Numbered from the stretch's first letter, positions 1 through 13,654 are shown. The stretch is DNA of 64,000 nt from Candidatus Sulfomarinibacteraceae bacterium (GCA_963785275.1 CAWAUY010000015.1:43228-107227), one strand, 5' to 3'. The notes: generated from the letters alone by a model not told the origin. Program-made: numbers and translations.

Positions 1-1
1 A

Positions 2-1603
2 GACGAGAAGAAGGACGACGACGCGAAGGAGGACGAAGGAGACGACGAGAATACCCAGGGCAAGAAGGCCAAGAAGGGCAAGGGGGATGCCGCAGACGAA
101 ACGGCAAAGAAGAAGGACGACGAGATCAAGCTCCCCGACCCGGTCGAATTCGACCTCGATGGCATCGAGGACCGCACCATCCGGATGACCCTGCATTCGT
201 CCCGTATTGCCGATGCACAGATCACCCCCGACGGCGAAAAGGTCCTCTACATCGCCCGTTTCGAGAAAGGCTATGACCTGTGGGTGTACGAGCCCCGCAA
301 ACAGGAGGTTCAGCTGCTCGCCAAACTGGGGGCCGACAACGTCGGCGACATGCTCCTCGACGAGGATGGGGAAAAGGCGTTCATCCTCGCCGACCGGCAA
401 CTCAAATCAGTCGAGGTCGACGGCGGCAAGACCAAAGGAGTGTCGATCGAGGCCCAGATGGAACTCGATGCGGCCGCCGAACGCGAGTATCTCTACGAAC
501 ATGCCTGGCGCCAGACCCGGGAGAAGTTCTACCTCGTGGACATGGGCGGGGTCGACTGGGACCTCTACCGTGAGGCCTATGCGAAGTTCCTCCCATCGAT
601 CGACAACAACCGCGACTTCTGCGAACTGGTCTCCGAGCTCCAGGGCGAACTCAACGCCTCGCACCTCGGCTGCTATTACCGCCCCCGCGATCCCAAAGCC
701 GACGCCACCGCCACTCTCGCATTCTTCCCCGATCCCGCCAATAACGGCCCGGGTATCAAGATCGCAGAGATCATCGACGGCGGGCCGCTCGAGAATGCCG
801 ACACAAAGGTCAAGGTCGGCACCGTGATCGAGGCCGTCAACGGCCACGAAATCGCGGCCGGCGAGAACTGGTATCCGCTCTTCAACCACAAGGCCGGCGA
901 CCTGATCCGGCTCTCCCTCTCCGACCCCGCGACCGGAACGAAGTGGCAGGAGACCGTGAAACCGATTTCGCAGGGCGCGGAGAATGAGCTCCTCTACCAG
1001 CGCTGGGTGAGGGGCCGGCGCGCCGAGGTGGACCGTCTTTCCGGCGGCCGGCTCGGCTACGCCCACATCCGCTCGATGAGCGATTCGCGCTACCGCGAGA
1101 TCTTCGAGGACATCTTCGGTAAAGCAGTCGAAAAGGAGGGCATCGTCCTCGACACCCGCTTCAACAACGGCGGCAACCTGGTAGAGGCCCTGACGATTCT
1201 CCTGACCGGAGAAACCTACGCCCGGGCAACACCGCGGGGGCAGTTCCTCGGCGCCGAACCACAACACCGCTGGACCAAGCCCTCGATCGTCGTGATGAAC
1301 GAGGGCAACTACTCGGACGCCCACTGTTTCCCCGTGGCCTACACCTCTCTCGGGATCGGCAAGATGGTCGGGATGCAGGTGCCGGGCACCTGCACCTCGG
1401 TATGGTGGGAGACCCTGCAGGATCGCAGCATGACCTTCGGCATCCCGATGGTCGGCTATCTCGACAACGAGGGCGATCTGATGGAAAACAAGCACCTCGA
1501 CCCCGACATCGTGATCGACAACGACCCTGCTCTTGAAGCCATCGGCCAGGATGAGCAGCTCGAGGCAGCGGTGGAGGCACTGCTGGCCGAAATCGACGAA
1601 TAA
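2..1603 (+). CDS. Tricorn-like S41 family peptidase, C-terminal part (5' end outside window)
   Basis: The frame is open from the window edge (codons from nt 2). A K/D/E-rich linker is followed by TRFNNGGNLVEAL and VMNEGNYSDAHCFP segments typical of tricorn-type S41 peptidases. A strong terminator follows. Confidence 0.7.
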   Translation, partial: DEKKDDDAKEDEGDDENTQGKKAKKGKGDAADETAKKKDDEIKLPDPVEFDLDGIEDRTIRMTLHSSRIADAQITPDGEKVLYIARFEKGYDLWVYEPRKQEVQLLAKLGADNVGDMLLDEDGEKAFILADRQLKSVEVDGGKTKGVSIEAQMELDAAAEREYLYEHAWRQTREKFYLVDMGGVDWDLYREAYAKFLPSIDNNRDFCELVSELQGELNASHLGCYYRPRDPKADATATLAFFPDPANNGPGIKIAEIIDGGPLENADTKVKVGTVIEAVNGHEIAAGENWYPLFNHKAGDLIRLSLSDPATGTKWQETVKPISQGAENELLYQRWVRGRRAEVDRLSGGRLGYAHIRSMSDSRYREIFEDIFGKAVEKEGIVLDTRFNNGGNLVEALTILLTGETYARATPRGQFLGAEPQHRWTKPSIVVMNEGNYSDAHCFPVAYTSLGIGKMVGMQVPGTCTSVWWETLQDRSMTFGIPMVGYLDNEGDLMENKHLDPDIVIDNDPALEAIGQDEQLEAAVEALLAEIDE

Positions 1604-1621
1604 CAGCACACCAGACATTTG

Positions 1622-1660
1622 GAAGAGCGCGCGGTCCGGACCGCGCGCTCTTCCCTTTTG
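1622..1660 (+). terminator. Rho-independent terminator
   Basis: Perfect 15-bp stem GAAGAGCGCGCGGTC/GACCGCGCGCTCTTC with a 2-nt loop, followed by CCTTTTG. It lies directly after the peptidase stop. Confidence 0.8.
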
Positions 1661-1707
1661 CCTCCGCCATCCGGTTCGCCGACACCGCGTGGTGATAAAA
1701 TTTTTGA

Positions 1708-4030
<2,323 letters not shown>

Positions 4031-4055
4031 AGTGGGCCTCGGCCCACCGAGGGAA

Positions 4056-5773
4056 CTACCTGCAGGTTCGGCCGAACCACCTGCACCATTTGGAGCAGCA
4101 ATCCGCGCTTCTGGTGCACGCAGCGCCCGACGGAAGACAGATCGCGCATTCCGGATCCTCGTCATCCACCGCAAGGTTGCAGTTGTCGTCGATGCCATTG
4201 CCGCACACCTCGGCAACGCCAGGATTGATGAAAAACTCATCATCATTGCAATCGTCCCCGCCGCATTCGACGGCGATGAACCCGTCCTCATCGACATCGT
4301 CGTCGCACCCCCCGGCGGCGCCAGCCACGGGGCAACCTCGGCAAAATAGCTTGCAAAGGCGCCATCGACCGTTGCGTGCCACCCGCTCAGACACGGCAAC
4401 CAGGCCAGCAGACCACACGCACCCGAGAGCTGCCCGACCACCTGGCCGTTCGCGTTGACCACTGGCGACCCACTCGAACCACCCTCGGTGGCCCCGACCA
4501 CATCGCGGCTGTAAATCCGTGACCCACGCGGCCAGAACAGACACGCCCTCGCATCGGCGTCGACCCGGTGCTCCGAGTAGGCCTGAGGGGCTCCCGCGGG
4601 ATGGCTGACCCGGTGCAACGTGGTCCCGTCGGAATACGCTACCGGCTCCGAGGTCCAACCCAGCAACGCAGTGCCGGGTGGTGCGGTCTCGCCATCGAGA
4701 CGCAACAGCGTGTAGTCGCCGACGCGGTTGGTTTCAACCACGACCGCACCAAGCACCGGCACGGCGTCGACCGGAGTCCCCCACTGTTCCGGGCAGACCG
4801 CACCACATTCCACGGTCCACTTGAAGAATGCCTCGAGAGTCGCCGCAACGGAGTCGGTGCTCAGACAGTGATTTGCCGTCAGAAAGTATGGTGTTCCGTC
4901 TTCGGCGGTGTTGTTGATCAACCCGCCGGAACACGCATAGAGGTAGGGTTCTTCGACAAACAACATGTGCGCCACGGCATCTCGGGCTACCGCGACAGCC
5001 GGCGGATCCCCGGCGCACGACATGTTGACGATACAGTTCGCATTGTGGTCGCAGAAGGACTTGGTGTCCGCCGTCCTCGATGCAAATCTGGACCCCACGT
5101 GGCCGACGCCGACCAGGGCGATGGGCGGTTTCCGCTCCTGCTCCGACGATTGCACGGGACCAAACCGCCGCATCTGAAGGTAGACGGTGTCACCCGAGAT
5201 CATGTTGGACCAGAAGTCTCCGGTGCCGAGGGGACCGGCCCCTCCGTACGGACCAGCGAGTTCGCCGAATTCGTTGTAGAGATAGAGTTCCGAGTTTGGC
5301 GGCAAATAGAAATCGCCGAAATGAAGTCGGATGCCGGCGGCTCCTTCCGAATGAACCGCGGCCGACCACACCCGTCCACCGTCCGCTGTTGTCACTGAGG
5401 CGCCCCAGGCCCTTGATTCAGCGGCGATCTCGGCATACGCCTGTTTCGCAATCCCCACAATCAGTCGTTGCGGCTCCCGATTGCAACCTTCGCAGCTGCC
5501 CCGCTCCAGGTCGAAGAGCTCGCTCGATGTCAACTCGATCAGGAGTGGTCGTTCGACCCCCGCTGTCACCTGCTCGGCCATCAGCCATCGATACCGCCCT
5601 CCGCGTTCACGTTTGACGGCATCGCGGTCGTCGGTGTCGTGCAGCCGCATGGAGCGCAACTCGGTCGCAGTCCCCGGCGGAAGGTCTGGTGGTTCGATAC
5701 TGCGTGGGGACTCTGCCGCTGAAGTCGCACAAAAAACGAGGGTGCAAAAAAGAGCCAGCCCTGCCCTGCTCAT
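4056..5773 (-). CDS. Secreted trypsin-like (S1) serine protease with C-terminal Cys-rich MopE-type metal-binding-motif domain; one apparent frameshift
   Basis: GGGAGA RBS before ATG 5773 and signal peptide MSRAGLALFCTLVFCATSAA. Carries FLTANHC and GGSSGSPVV motifs. The frame changes exactly at a C6 run (4317-4322) and continues as GGCDDDVDEDGF...CGGDDCNDDEFFINPGVAEVCGNGIDDNCN. Confidence 0.75.
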
Positions 5774-5919
5774 GGTATCTCCCATCGTCACGTTGATTTT
5801 TTAGGGACTCCCTGCCTCTATTTCGACAGGGTTGCGACTCGTTGTCAACAGCAGCACATCGCCGAATCACCCGAGCGTGGGCCCACGCACACTCAACGGC
5901 CACTCCCAGAATCAGCTGA

Positions 5920-6478
5920 TCACCTTGCGAGATCGACCTTCGTGCCGACGCCGCTTTCGAGTGCCCGTTCGTAGACCAGCCGCCCCGCCGCCAAATCCTC
6001 AACTGCAAGGCCGAGCGATCGGAAGAGGGTGATCTCGGTCTCGGATGTGCGGCCGGGGTGGTCGCCGTTGAGCACCTCACCGATCTCCGGGATCACCAAC
6101 CCGGAGGTGATCAGGCCTTCTTCAACGGCCTCAATGTACTCCCCCGCTTCATTTTGCAGTGATCGCACCGGCCTCCAACAGGGCCAACGGTGAACCGCTG
6201 TCCGGATCAAAGATCATGACGCCTCCCTGGTGGGAGTCGAGTCCCTTCTTCGCCGCGTTGTCGATGACGCTCAAGATCTTCACGCCAAGGCGCTTGCCGC
6301 TGGCCAACGACCCCGGCATCCAGACCAAAACACCCTGGCGGTCCGGGAGAACAAGTTCCGATCGCAATGGTTGGGAGCCCCCACCACGAGCCAAATCACC
6401 GAGCGCCTCTGCCACCGCGTCCATGCACTCCCGTATCGGCAGCAGCTCGCGCACTTGAGAGTGGGTCAGAACCAGCAC
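5920..6478 (-). pseudogene. Ornithine cyclodeaminase/mu-crystallin family remnant with internal deletion
   Basis: About 110 N-terminal aa (MLVLTHSQVRELLPIRECMDAV...LLEAGAITAK) are joined out of frame to about 75 C-terminal aa (EAGEYIEAVEEG...GRTSETEITLFRSLGLAVEDLAAG). The central dinucleotide-binding region of about 140 aa is absent. Confidence 0.7.
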
Positions 6479-6576
6479 TTCGTCCTCCGTCCATGATTCG
6501 TATCGAAATCAAAATACACCGGACTGCAGATTTCGCCGAATTACGTTCGACCCAACAGGCGCAGAGCCACCCATCA

Positions 6577-7666
6577 TCAGTTGAGTTCAGCCCGTCCCGC
6601 CGTGCGGAAGGCAGTCGGAGTCTGCCCGGTCCAGCGTTTGAACGCGCGGTTGAACGCGCTCTGCTCGGAAAAGCCGGTGAGGAACGCGACCTCGGTCGCG
6701 GAGTACCGGCTGTCCCGGAGAAGGTTCTCCGCAACGTGCCGGCGCGTTTCCGCAACCAGGCTTTTGAAGAAACACCCCGCTCGGAAAGCCGCCGATGGAG
6801 CGTCCGCTCACTCATGGCGAGTCGTCGGGCCACGTCCGCCATTCTGGGGATCCCCTCGCTCAACGAGCGGGAGACTTCCCGCTCGACGAGGGACTTCGAT
6901 CGGGGTCTCGGCCCCGAGAGACCCGAGCTCCGCATCGAGATGGGAGAGCAGAAAGCGGGAGATCCCGTCGTCCGCCAGATGATTTGGACGCGCAAGCACT
7001 TCGCTTGAGATGGACAAAGCGTCGCTGTCGGAGCCGAAATGGACGGGGCAACCGAAATACGTTCGTGGGCCGAGATCGAACTCGGAGCCGCGTGTTTCAG
7101 CGACACGGCCAGCGGGCGAAATCGCGGCGACGACGTCTGGCGAATCAGCGAGGTGGCGCTCGCGAGCGTCGCCTCGTTGGAGAGCCTCATGCCGAGCCGG
7201 CGCTACCCGGACCGATGGACGATGAAATCGATCCCGTCGTCGTGATCGTCGATCTCGTAGGTCAGATTGTCGGTCCAAAGCGGCAGTAGCGCTCGACCCT
7301 TTCGAGCGAGCTGCGAACGGTCGGCGCCGATTTCCAGGCCAGGCCGAGCGCACCGTAATCATCGGGGCGCATCAGCGGACCGACCCGGAGCGGCAGCTCG
7401 TGGGCAGAGTCCATCTCCGACGCGATGCGTTCGAGGAGGTCGTAGTACGCATCGTCCGAGATCATCTCCGCCACGTCCAGCGGCTCGTCCGGCTCGAGAC
7501 CGACGGAACGCAGCAGTGCCGGCCCATCCACCGACTCCCCGGCGGCCTGGATCATCCTGCGGGCGAAGATGGCCGTCACAAACCCCAAGATCGAGTACCT
7601 CTCGACGACTGCAACACGCCATCGAGAGGTCGGAATTCCGCGCCCCGGCGAGGCGCGCCTCATCAA
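6577..7666 (-). pseudogene. AraC family transcriptional regulator, multiple frameshifts
   Basis: The pieces lie in different frames. The N-terminal effector domain reads DAYYDLLERIASEMDSAHELPLRVG and the middle reads CPVHFGSDSDALSISSEVLARPN. The two HTH halves are IPRMADVARRLAMSERTLHRRL and ATEVAFLTGFSEQSAFNRAFKRWTGQTP. Confidence 0.75.
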
Positions 7667-8147
7667 CTACACCTCCACGGCCACGACCATAGGAAGGCAG
7701 CCGCGGCCAGCGAGGCCGCGGTCCGCACGTGATTCCAACGGGTCCAGCGAACCAGATAGGACCGCCACAGGGACTCGGCCGCGGAATCGTCCTCAGGATG
7801 CATCTTCGCCAGCCGATTGTTCAGCGGCACGTTGCCAACGATGGTGACACCGAGGCACCCGACGATATACAGGACGCCGCCGGCGACGGCCGGGGCGAGC
7901 GACACATCGGTCGCAAGGAGAGCAAGGCGACAACGATCGTGACCGCACAGAGCGCCCCGGTGCCGAAGAACGCCAGAAAGAACAGCGGGTTGATGACGAC
8001 GATGTTGATGGACTGCATGGCCGCGATACCCTCCCGGGGCGCCAGCCGTCCGAGGGCCCGCATGACGAAGGTCGAGAAGGCGTAGAAGATGCCGGAGACC
8101 AGCGCGGCGCCGATCGCCGAGGCGAAGACGACGTCGTCATGCGGCAC
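7663..8147 (-). CDS. DUF1772 (anthrone-oxygenase-like) membrane protein, one apparent frameshift near 7905-7925
   Basis: Two overlapping ORFs, 7821..8147 and 7663..7905, together give a four-helix DUF1772-like protein (SGIFYAFSTFVMRAL...NVPLNNRLA...WTRWNHVRT). Confidence 0.6.
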
Positions 8148-8556
8148 CTCCGATGACCCCGAGCTGCTCGAAGAGCGTGTACTGATCCAGGATCTCCCAC
8201 TCGTCGGCGATCTTGCCGTCCCGGAACCGGCTGCGCACCATGCCGTTGACCCGCACCCGCCGGCCGGTGGCCGGGATCCCCAGCAGGTCGCCCCGGTGGG
8301 TCCCGGTGAGGGTGAAGACCATCACCGTGGCGTCGTCCGCCACCACCAGATCGTCGATCTCCAGCGCGAGGTCCGGGAACGCCGAGCGGTAGCCATCGAA
8401 CAGCGATACCAGGCCCTCCGGGCCGCGGAGCTCCTCCCCCGGGCTGCGGTAGACGTACTCGTCGTGGACCAGCTCGTGCGAGGGCGGAGGTGTCGCCACG
8501 GTTGATGACCTCGTCGACGAAACGGCGAAGGACCCGTTCGAGGGAGCCGTTCGCAC
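8137..8556 (-). CDS. SnoaL-like ester cyclase, N-terminal frame change near 8485
   Basis: LFDGYRSAFPDLALEIDDLVVADDATVMVFTLTGTHRGDLLGIPATGRRV is typical of ester cyclases. The expected N-terminus RRFVDEVINRGDTSAL is read in a neighbouring frame. Confidence 0.65.
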   Translation of the reverse strand: MRTAPSNGSFAVSSTRSSTVATPPPSHELVHDEYVYRSPGEELRGPEGLVSLFDGYRSAFPDLALEIDDLVVADDATVMVFTLTGTHRGDLLGIPATGRRVRVNGMVRSRFRDGKIADEWEILDQYTLFEQLGVIGGAA

Positions 8557-8581
8557 GGGCGGTCGTTCAAATCCGGATCGT

Positions 8582-9427
8582 TCACTGCCCGAATCGCTGC
8601 TTGCCCACGACGCCCGCCGTGGCCGCCTCCCGCGCGTAGTCCGCGAAGTCGCGGGGCGGGCGGCCCAGGGCCCGCTCGACGCCGTCGGTCACAGAGGCGT
8701 TGCGGCCGTCCAGCACCGTCTCGAAGAGGTACCGCGTCAACGAGACCACCTGCTCGGGAACCTGCATCTCGCGCATCCCACGAACAAAGTCTTCGGCCGG
8801 AACTGTGTGTAGCGAAGCTCGCGGCCGGCAGCCCGAGCGATCTCGTCGACGGCCTCGGCAAAGGTCATCAGGCGCGGGCCCGTGACCTCGTAGATCTGTC
8901 CCTCATGGCCGGCCTCGGTCAGCGCCGCGACGGCGACATCCGCGATGTCCTCCGCGTCGATGAACGGCTCGCCAACATCGCCGGCGGGCAGCGCGAGAAC
9001 ACCATCGCGCAGCGGGTCCACGAAGAACCCCTCGCTGAAGTTCTGGTTGAACCAGCTGGCCCGTACGATGGTCCAGGCAGGGTTCGTGTCGAGGACGATG
9101 CGTTCGCAGCGCTGGGCCTCTTCCTCGCCTCGGCCAGACAACAACACCAACCGCTGGACACCGCGCTCCGCGGCCAGACGTGTGAATTCCTCGAATCGCA
9201 GGGGGTGCTTCGGGCACGGCCAGATCCGGAAAAAAGGTCACATAGGCCGCCGATACGCCGTCCAACGCGGTGCCCCATGTCGTGAGTGTCATCCCAGTCG
9301 AATCGGGTCTCGCCGGAACGCGACGCGACACGGGTCGTTACACCCCGGCTGGCAAGTTTCTCGGCGACCCGCGGCCCGTTTTTCCGGTGCCTCCAATTAT
9401 CAGGATGGGCTTTAGGTTTTCCGTCAT
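8582..9427 (-). pseudogene. NmrA-family NAD(P)-binding protein, at least 4 frameshifts
   Basis: MTENLKPILIIGGTGKTG (Rossmann motif) starts at 9427. Later pieces (RVAEKLASRGV, WGTALDGVSAAYVTFFPDLAVPE, NPAWTIVRASWFNQNF, GQIYEVTGPRLMTFAEAV, FADYAREAA) are spread over three frames. Confidence 0.75.
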
Positions 9428-9707
9428 CGTGTCCTCCGTCGTTCGGTTGATTTCGATCGTGTGATCGATGAGGACGAAGATAACGTCTGAAAGAGAACGA
9501 GACTTGATCGCTGACGCCAAGTTGATGACCGGCGCCGTCAGGTCGTGTTGGCGGAAGGGTGCGACGAATGATCACTGGATTCGCCTTTCATCACGACCTC
9601 ATATCGCGACCAAACGCGAAAACCCCGGCTGTGGAGTTGCGATCAATGGCACCCTTGCGGTGCCGTAGCCCGAAGGAAATAATGGTGCAAGGCGCAATGG
9701 TGAACCC

Positions 9708-9744
9708 GGCACCCGTGAACGTGGCACCCGTGGTGGCACCCGCG
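9708..9744. repeat. Three tandem copies of about 12 nt (GTGGCACCCGTG-like) in the NmrA/asnB divergent intergenic region
   Basis: GGCACCCGTGAAC GTGGCACCCGTG GTGGCACCCGCG. A GGCACCC-TTGC-GGTGCC hairpin lies at 9648-9664. Confidence 0.7.
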
Positions 9745-9842
9745 CACACGTCCACGCATTTTTTTAACCCGCGTTCTCCGATCGGAGATGCCGACTGCGA
9801 TAGAATCCCGCTTTCGAGCGCCCGCGGAAGGAGATTTGCGAA

Positions 9843-11785
9843 GTGTGTGGACTGGTGGGCATCGTCGGGTGTCAAGAGTCCGACGCCGAGCGTCGGGAGC
9901 TGGTGCACGCCATGGCTTCGACCATGGTCCACCGCGGTCCCGACGGCGAGGGTTACGTCGCACGCGAAGACTGCGCTCTGGGTTTTCGTCGGCTCGCAAT
10001 CATCGACGTCACCGCCGAGTCGCCCCCCTTCCCCAACGAGGACCAGAGCATCTGGTCGATCTGCAACGGCCAGATCTACAACGCACCCGATCTGACCGAC
10101 GAGCTTCTGGCCAGGGGCCACACGCTGCGCACGAAGACCGACACCGAGGTCATCCCCCACCTCTACGAGGAGCACGGCGCCGATCTCGTCGAGAGGCTCA
10201 ACGGGATGTTCGCCTTTGCGGTATGGGATGAACCGCGCGGGACGGTTGCTGCTGGCCCGCGACCGCGCCGGGGAGAAGCCCCTCTTCTACTGGACCGACG
10301 GGAAAGAGCTTGTATTCGCCTCCGATCTGCGCGCGTTTCTGGTCCACCCGCGGATTCCGAAGGCCATCGACCCGGTGGCGCTGCGCCGCTATCTGACCCA
10401 CGACTACGTTCCGGCGCCCTTGAGTCCGCTCGCCGGAGTGCGCAAGCTCCCGGCTGGACATCTGCTGGTCGCCGAGGACTGCAAGGTCACGGTCAAACAG
10501 TACTGGGACTTGGCCGACTACTTCGTACAGCCGGATCTCGCGCGGCGCAGCACCACGGACCTCGCCGACGAACTCGATGATCGCCTCGCCCAGGCAGTGC
10601 GCCGCCGCAGCCGCTCAGACGTGCCGTTCGGGCTCTTCCTTTCGGGCGGCGTCGACTCGTCGGCTGTGCTCTCCTATCTCGCCGAACAACGGGGCGACGG
10701 TGTGCCGGTCTTTTCGATCGGCCACACCGAGAAGAACTTCGACGAGGCGTCGATGGCCGAGGTCACCGCCCGCCACTTCAAGGCCGATTTCAACCAGTTG
10801 ATCCTCGACGAGTCGGACCTCGCCGACGGGCTGCGCCGGGTCGGGCCGGGGCTCGGCGAACCGTTGGGCGACGCCTCGACCATCCCCAGCCACCTGCTCG
10901 CGCTCTTTGCCGGCAGAAGGTCAAGGTGATCCTGTCGGGCGAGGGCGCCGACGAGCTTTTTGCCGGGTATCCGACCTACATCGGCAACCGGGTGGCGGAG
11001 ATTTACAACCGTGTTCCGCGACCGGTCCGGCAGGCCCTGGTCAACACCGCTCTCAAGCTGACGCCGGTATCGATGGGCAACGTTGGCCTCGACTATCTCC
11101 TCAGCCGGTTCGCTCGCCGCCGCTGAGCAGGATCTGGTGGAGCGCCACCACACCTGGTTCGGTTCCTACTCGCCGGCGAGAGCAGCAGACGGTGCTGTCG
11201 CCGCGCGTTCTCACGGCGTTGCAGGGCGACGATCCTTTTGGTTCGGCGCGACAGCGGCTTGCGGGCCGCAACCTCCCCGACAGTCTTTCCAAGCTGCTCT
11301 ACATGGATTTCACCATGTACCTCCAGGACGATCTCCTGACCAAGGTCGACAGGGCGACCATGCTCGCCTCCCTCGAAGCGCGAGCGCCGTTTCTCGACCA
11401 CGACCTGTCGGAGTTTGCGGCCGGATTGCCTTCGAGCCTCAAACTGCGCGGCAAGAGCACCAAGGACATCCTGAAGAAAACCGTCAGCAGGCGGCTCCCC
11501 GCCAACGTCATCAAACGCCGCAAACGCGGCTTCAACATTCCGTTCTCAAAGTGGCTGCTGCACGGGCTCGGCGACGAGCTCAAGACGCGCTTCTCGGTGG
11601 AGAGGGTCGAGGCTCGCGGCCTCTTCAACCCGGCCGGTATCGCGACCCTTCTGGACGAGCACCTGTCGCAGCAGAACGACCACCGTAAGCCGCTCTTCAC
11701 CCTGCTCGCCTTCGATCTGTGGTGCGACGCCACCTTTGGCGAAGGCGTTCGGATCCCGATCGCCGAAACAAAGGAGACCGCATGA
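9843..11785 (+). pseudogene. asnB: Asparagine synthase (glutamine-hydrolysing) family amidotransferase, about 3 frameshifts
   Basis: GGAAGGAGA RBS then GTG. Starts MCGLVGIV with the N-terminal Cys nucleophile. Contains FLSGGVDSS (PP-loop) and ILSGEGADELFAGY. Frame changes occur near 10235, 10915 and 11130-11180. Confidence 0.85.
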
Positions 11786-13389
11786 AGCCGGCGCGCGCCG
11801 TTCTCATCCTGGCCGCGGTTCTGTTCATCGCTAATATCTGGGGCTACGATCTGTGGGCCCCCGACGAGCCGTTCTTTGGCGAAGGCGCACGCGAAATGGT
11901 GGTCGACGGCCATTGGCTTGTCTCTCACATCAACGGCGTGGTCAACACCCACAAACCCCCACTCTTCTTCTGGCTGATCGCCCTGTTGTCCCTGCCCTTC
12001 GGCAGGGTCACGTCATTGACCGCCCGTCTGCCCTCTGCCCTCGCTTCGCTCGGCACGGTTGCCATGACGCTCCGCCTCGGCCGCCGCTCGTCGTCGGAAA
12101 AGACTGCCGTCCTCGCCGCCTTTGTCCTCGCGACCACGTACATGTTCTGGGACAAGGCGAGGTCGGTGCAGATTGACGCGGTCCTGTGCTGCCTGATCTG
12201 GGTCGCCCTCTCGGCCTTCGAGGCCTGGCGAGCCGGAGATCTCGAGGGACGGCGCGCCGGCGTCATCTTCTGGGGTGCCGGGGCGCTCGCCGTGCTGGCC
12301 AAGGGCCCGGTAGGCCTGCTGCTGCCGCTGGGTATCGCGCTGGCGACCCTCGCCGTCGATCGCAATATTCGGCGCTGGCGATCATTCGCACCGTTCAGCG
12401 GGCCGGCCGTCTTCGTCCTCGTCTGCGGCGCCTGGGTTGCTGCCGCCTCGATCTGGGGCCCGGCCGAGTACTCGGTGTGGGGCGCGCTCAAGGAGCACTT
12501 CGTCGACCGCGGCATCCACGGCATGCACCACGCCCAACCGTGGTGGTACTACGCCAAGGTGCTGCCGGCTCAGCTCATGCCGTGGGCATTCCTCGTCCCG
12601 GGGGCTCTCATATTGGCCTGGCGGCGCCGCGACCGCATGGACCGCTTCCTGCTGGTGACGGTCTTTTTCGTCGTCCTGTTCTTCTCGATCTCGACCGAAA
12701 AACGGACCATTTACGTCCTCCCTGCCTTTCCCGCCTTCGCCTTGATGACGGCGCGCTTTCTCGGCGCGGCCTTCGGTTGGGAGAAGGGGCCGTTGATGTC
12801 GAAGCGGTGGCTCACGGTGGGCCAGTCGCTCTTCGCGGGTCTCCTGGTACTGCTCGGTGCTGCAGCGCCCTTTGCCGCGCAGCGGGTGGAAGAGATCCCG
12901 ACCTGGGTGATCTTCCTGCTGGCTGGGGTCTTCCTCGCGACCGGACTGTCAACCCTGTGGGCCGTCGTTAGAAAATTTCTCTTGGCAGCGGCCGTGGTTC
13001 CGGCCATTGGCTTCACAGTGGCGTACCTGATTGTTGCGATGGTCGTTTTCCCCGCGATGAACGGCACCAAGTCGAGCCGGGAGTTCGCCGGGATCATCGC
13101 GGCGGAGACCGCCGCATCGCGCGCCGCCGGCCACGAGATCATCGCTTTCGATCTCGGAAACCTTCCCGTCCACTACGCCTTCTACACAGACGGCGCCTAC
13201 ACCATCGAGACCAAGGATGCCAACGTTTTGGCACGCCACCTCGATCAGGAGGCAGAGGTCTGGGCGGTAGCGAACGCCGAACGCCTCGACGAACTGCCGA
13301 CAAGGATCCAGGACCGCATCAAAATCGTCGCCGCCACACGCCTCAGCCGAAAGAACGTCGCGCTGATCGTCAACCGCCTGCAGCCTTGA
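11782..13389 (+). CDS. GT39/ArnT-like (PMT_2) membrane glycosyltransferase
   Basis: The ATG overlaps the asnB stop (ATGA). Intact 535 aa, multi-pass, with YDLWAPDEPFFGEGAREM and HKPPLFFWLIAL motifs of ArnT/PMT-type transferases. Confidence 0.8.
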   Translation: MKPARAVLILAAVLFIANIWGYDLWAPDEPFFGEGAREMVVDGHWLVSHINGVVNTHKPPLFFWLIALLSLPFGRVTSLTARLPSALASLGTVAMTLRLGRRSSSEKTAVLAAFVLATTYMFWDKARSVQIDAVLCCLIWVALSAFEAWRAGDLEGRRAGVIFWGAGALAVLAKGPVGLLLPLGIALATLAVDRNIRRWRSFAPFSGPAVFVLVCGAWVAAASIWGPAEYSVWGALKEHFVDRGIHGMHHAQPWWYYAKVLPAQLMPWAFLVPGALILAWRRRDRMDRFLLVTVFFVVLFFSISTEKRTIYVLPAFPAFALMTARFLGAAFGWEKGPLMSKRWLTVGQSLFAGLLVLLGAAAPFAAQRVEEIPTWVIFLLAGVFLATGLSTLWAVVRKFLLAAAVVPAIGFTVAYLIVAMVVFPAMNGTKSSREFAGIIAAETAASRAAGHEIIAFDLGNLPVHYAFYTDGAYTIETKDANVLARHLDQEAEVWAVANAERLDELPTRIQDRIKIVAATRLSRKNVALIVNRLQP

Positions 13390-13654
13390 ATGCCTCGAGC
13401 AAGACGTCGCTGTGGGCAGCGAGGGCCGCGGATCCACTCTCGGTCAGTTGGTAGACGGTGCGTGGGATCTTTTCCACGAAGACCTTCTCGACGCTGACGA
13501 AGCCGGCTTCCTCGAGCTTTGTCATGTGCGAGGAGAGATTGCCCTTGCTCATCCCTGTCTCGTCGAGGATGTAGAGAAAGTCAGCCCGCTCGACAACGTT
13601 TAGCAACAGCAGAATCGCGAGCCGTGCCGGTTCCTGGACCGTGGGAGATGTCAA
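13370..13654 (-). CDS. Winged-helix (HTH_34/ArsR-like) transcriptional regulator
   Basis: PARLAILLLL...ADFLYILDETGMSKGNLSSHMTKLEEAGFVSVEK...RTVYQLTESG. Confidence 0.7.
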   Translation of the reverse strand: MTSPTVQEPARLAILLLLNVVERADFLYILDETGMSKGNLSSHMTKLEEAGFVSVEKVFVEKIPRTVYQLTESGSAALAAHSDVLLEAFKAAGG

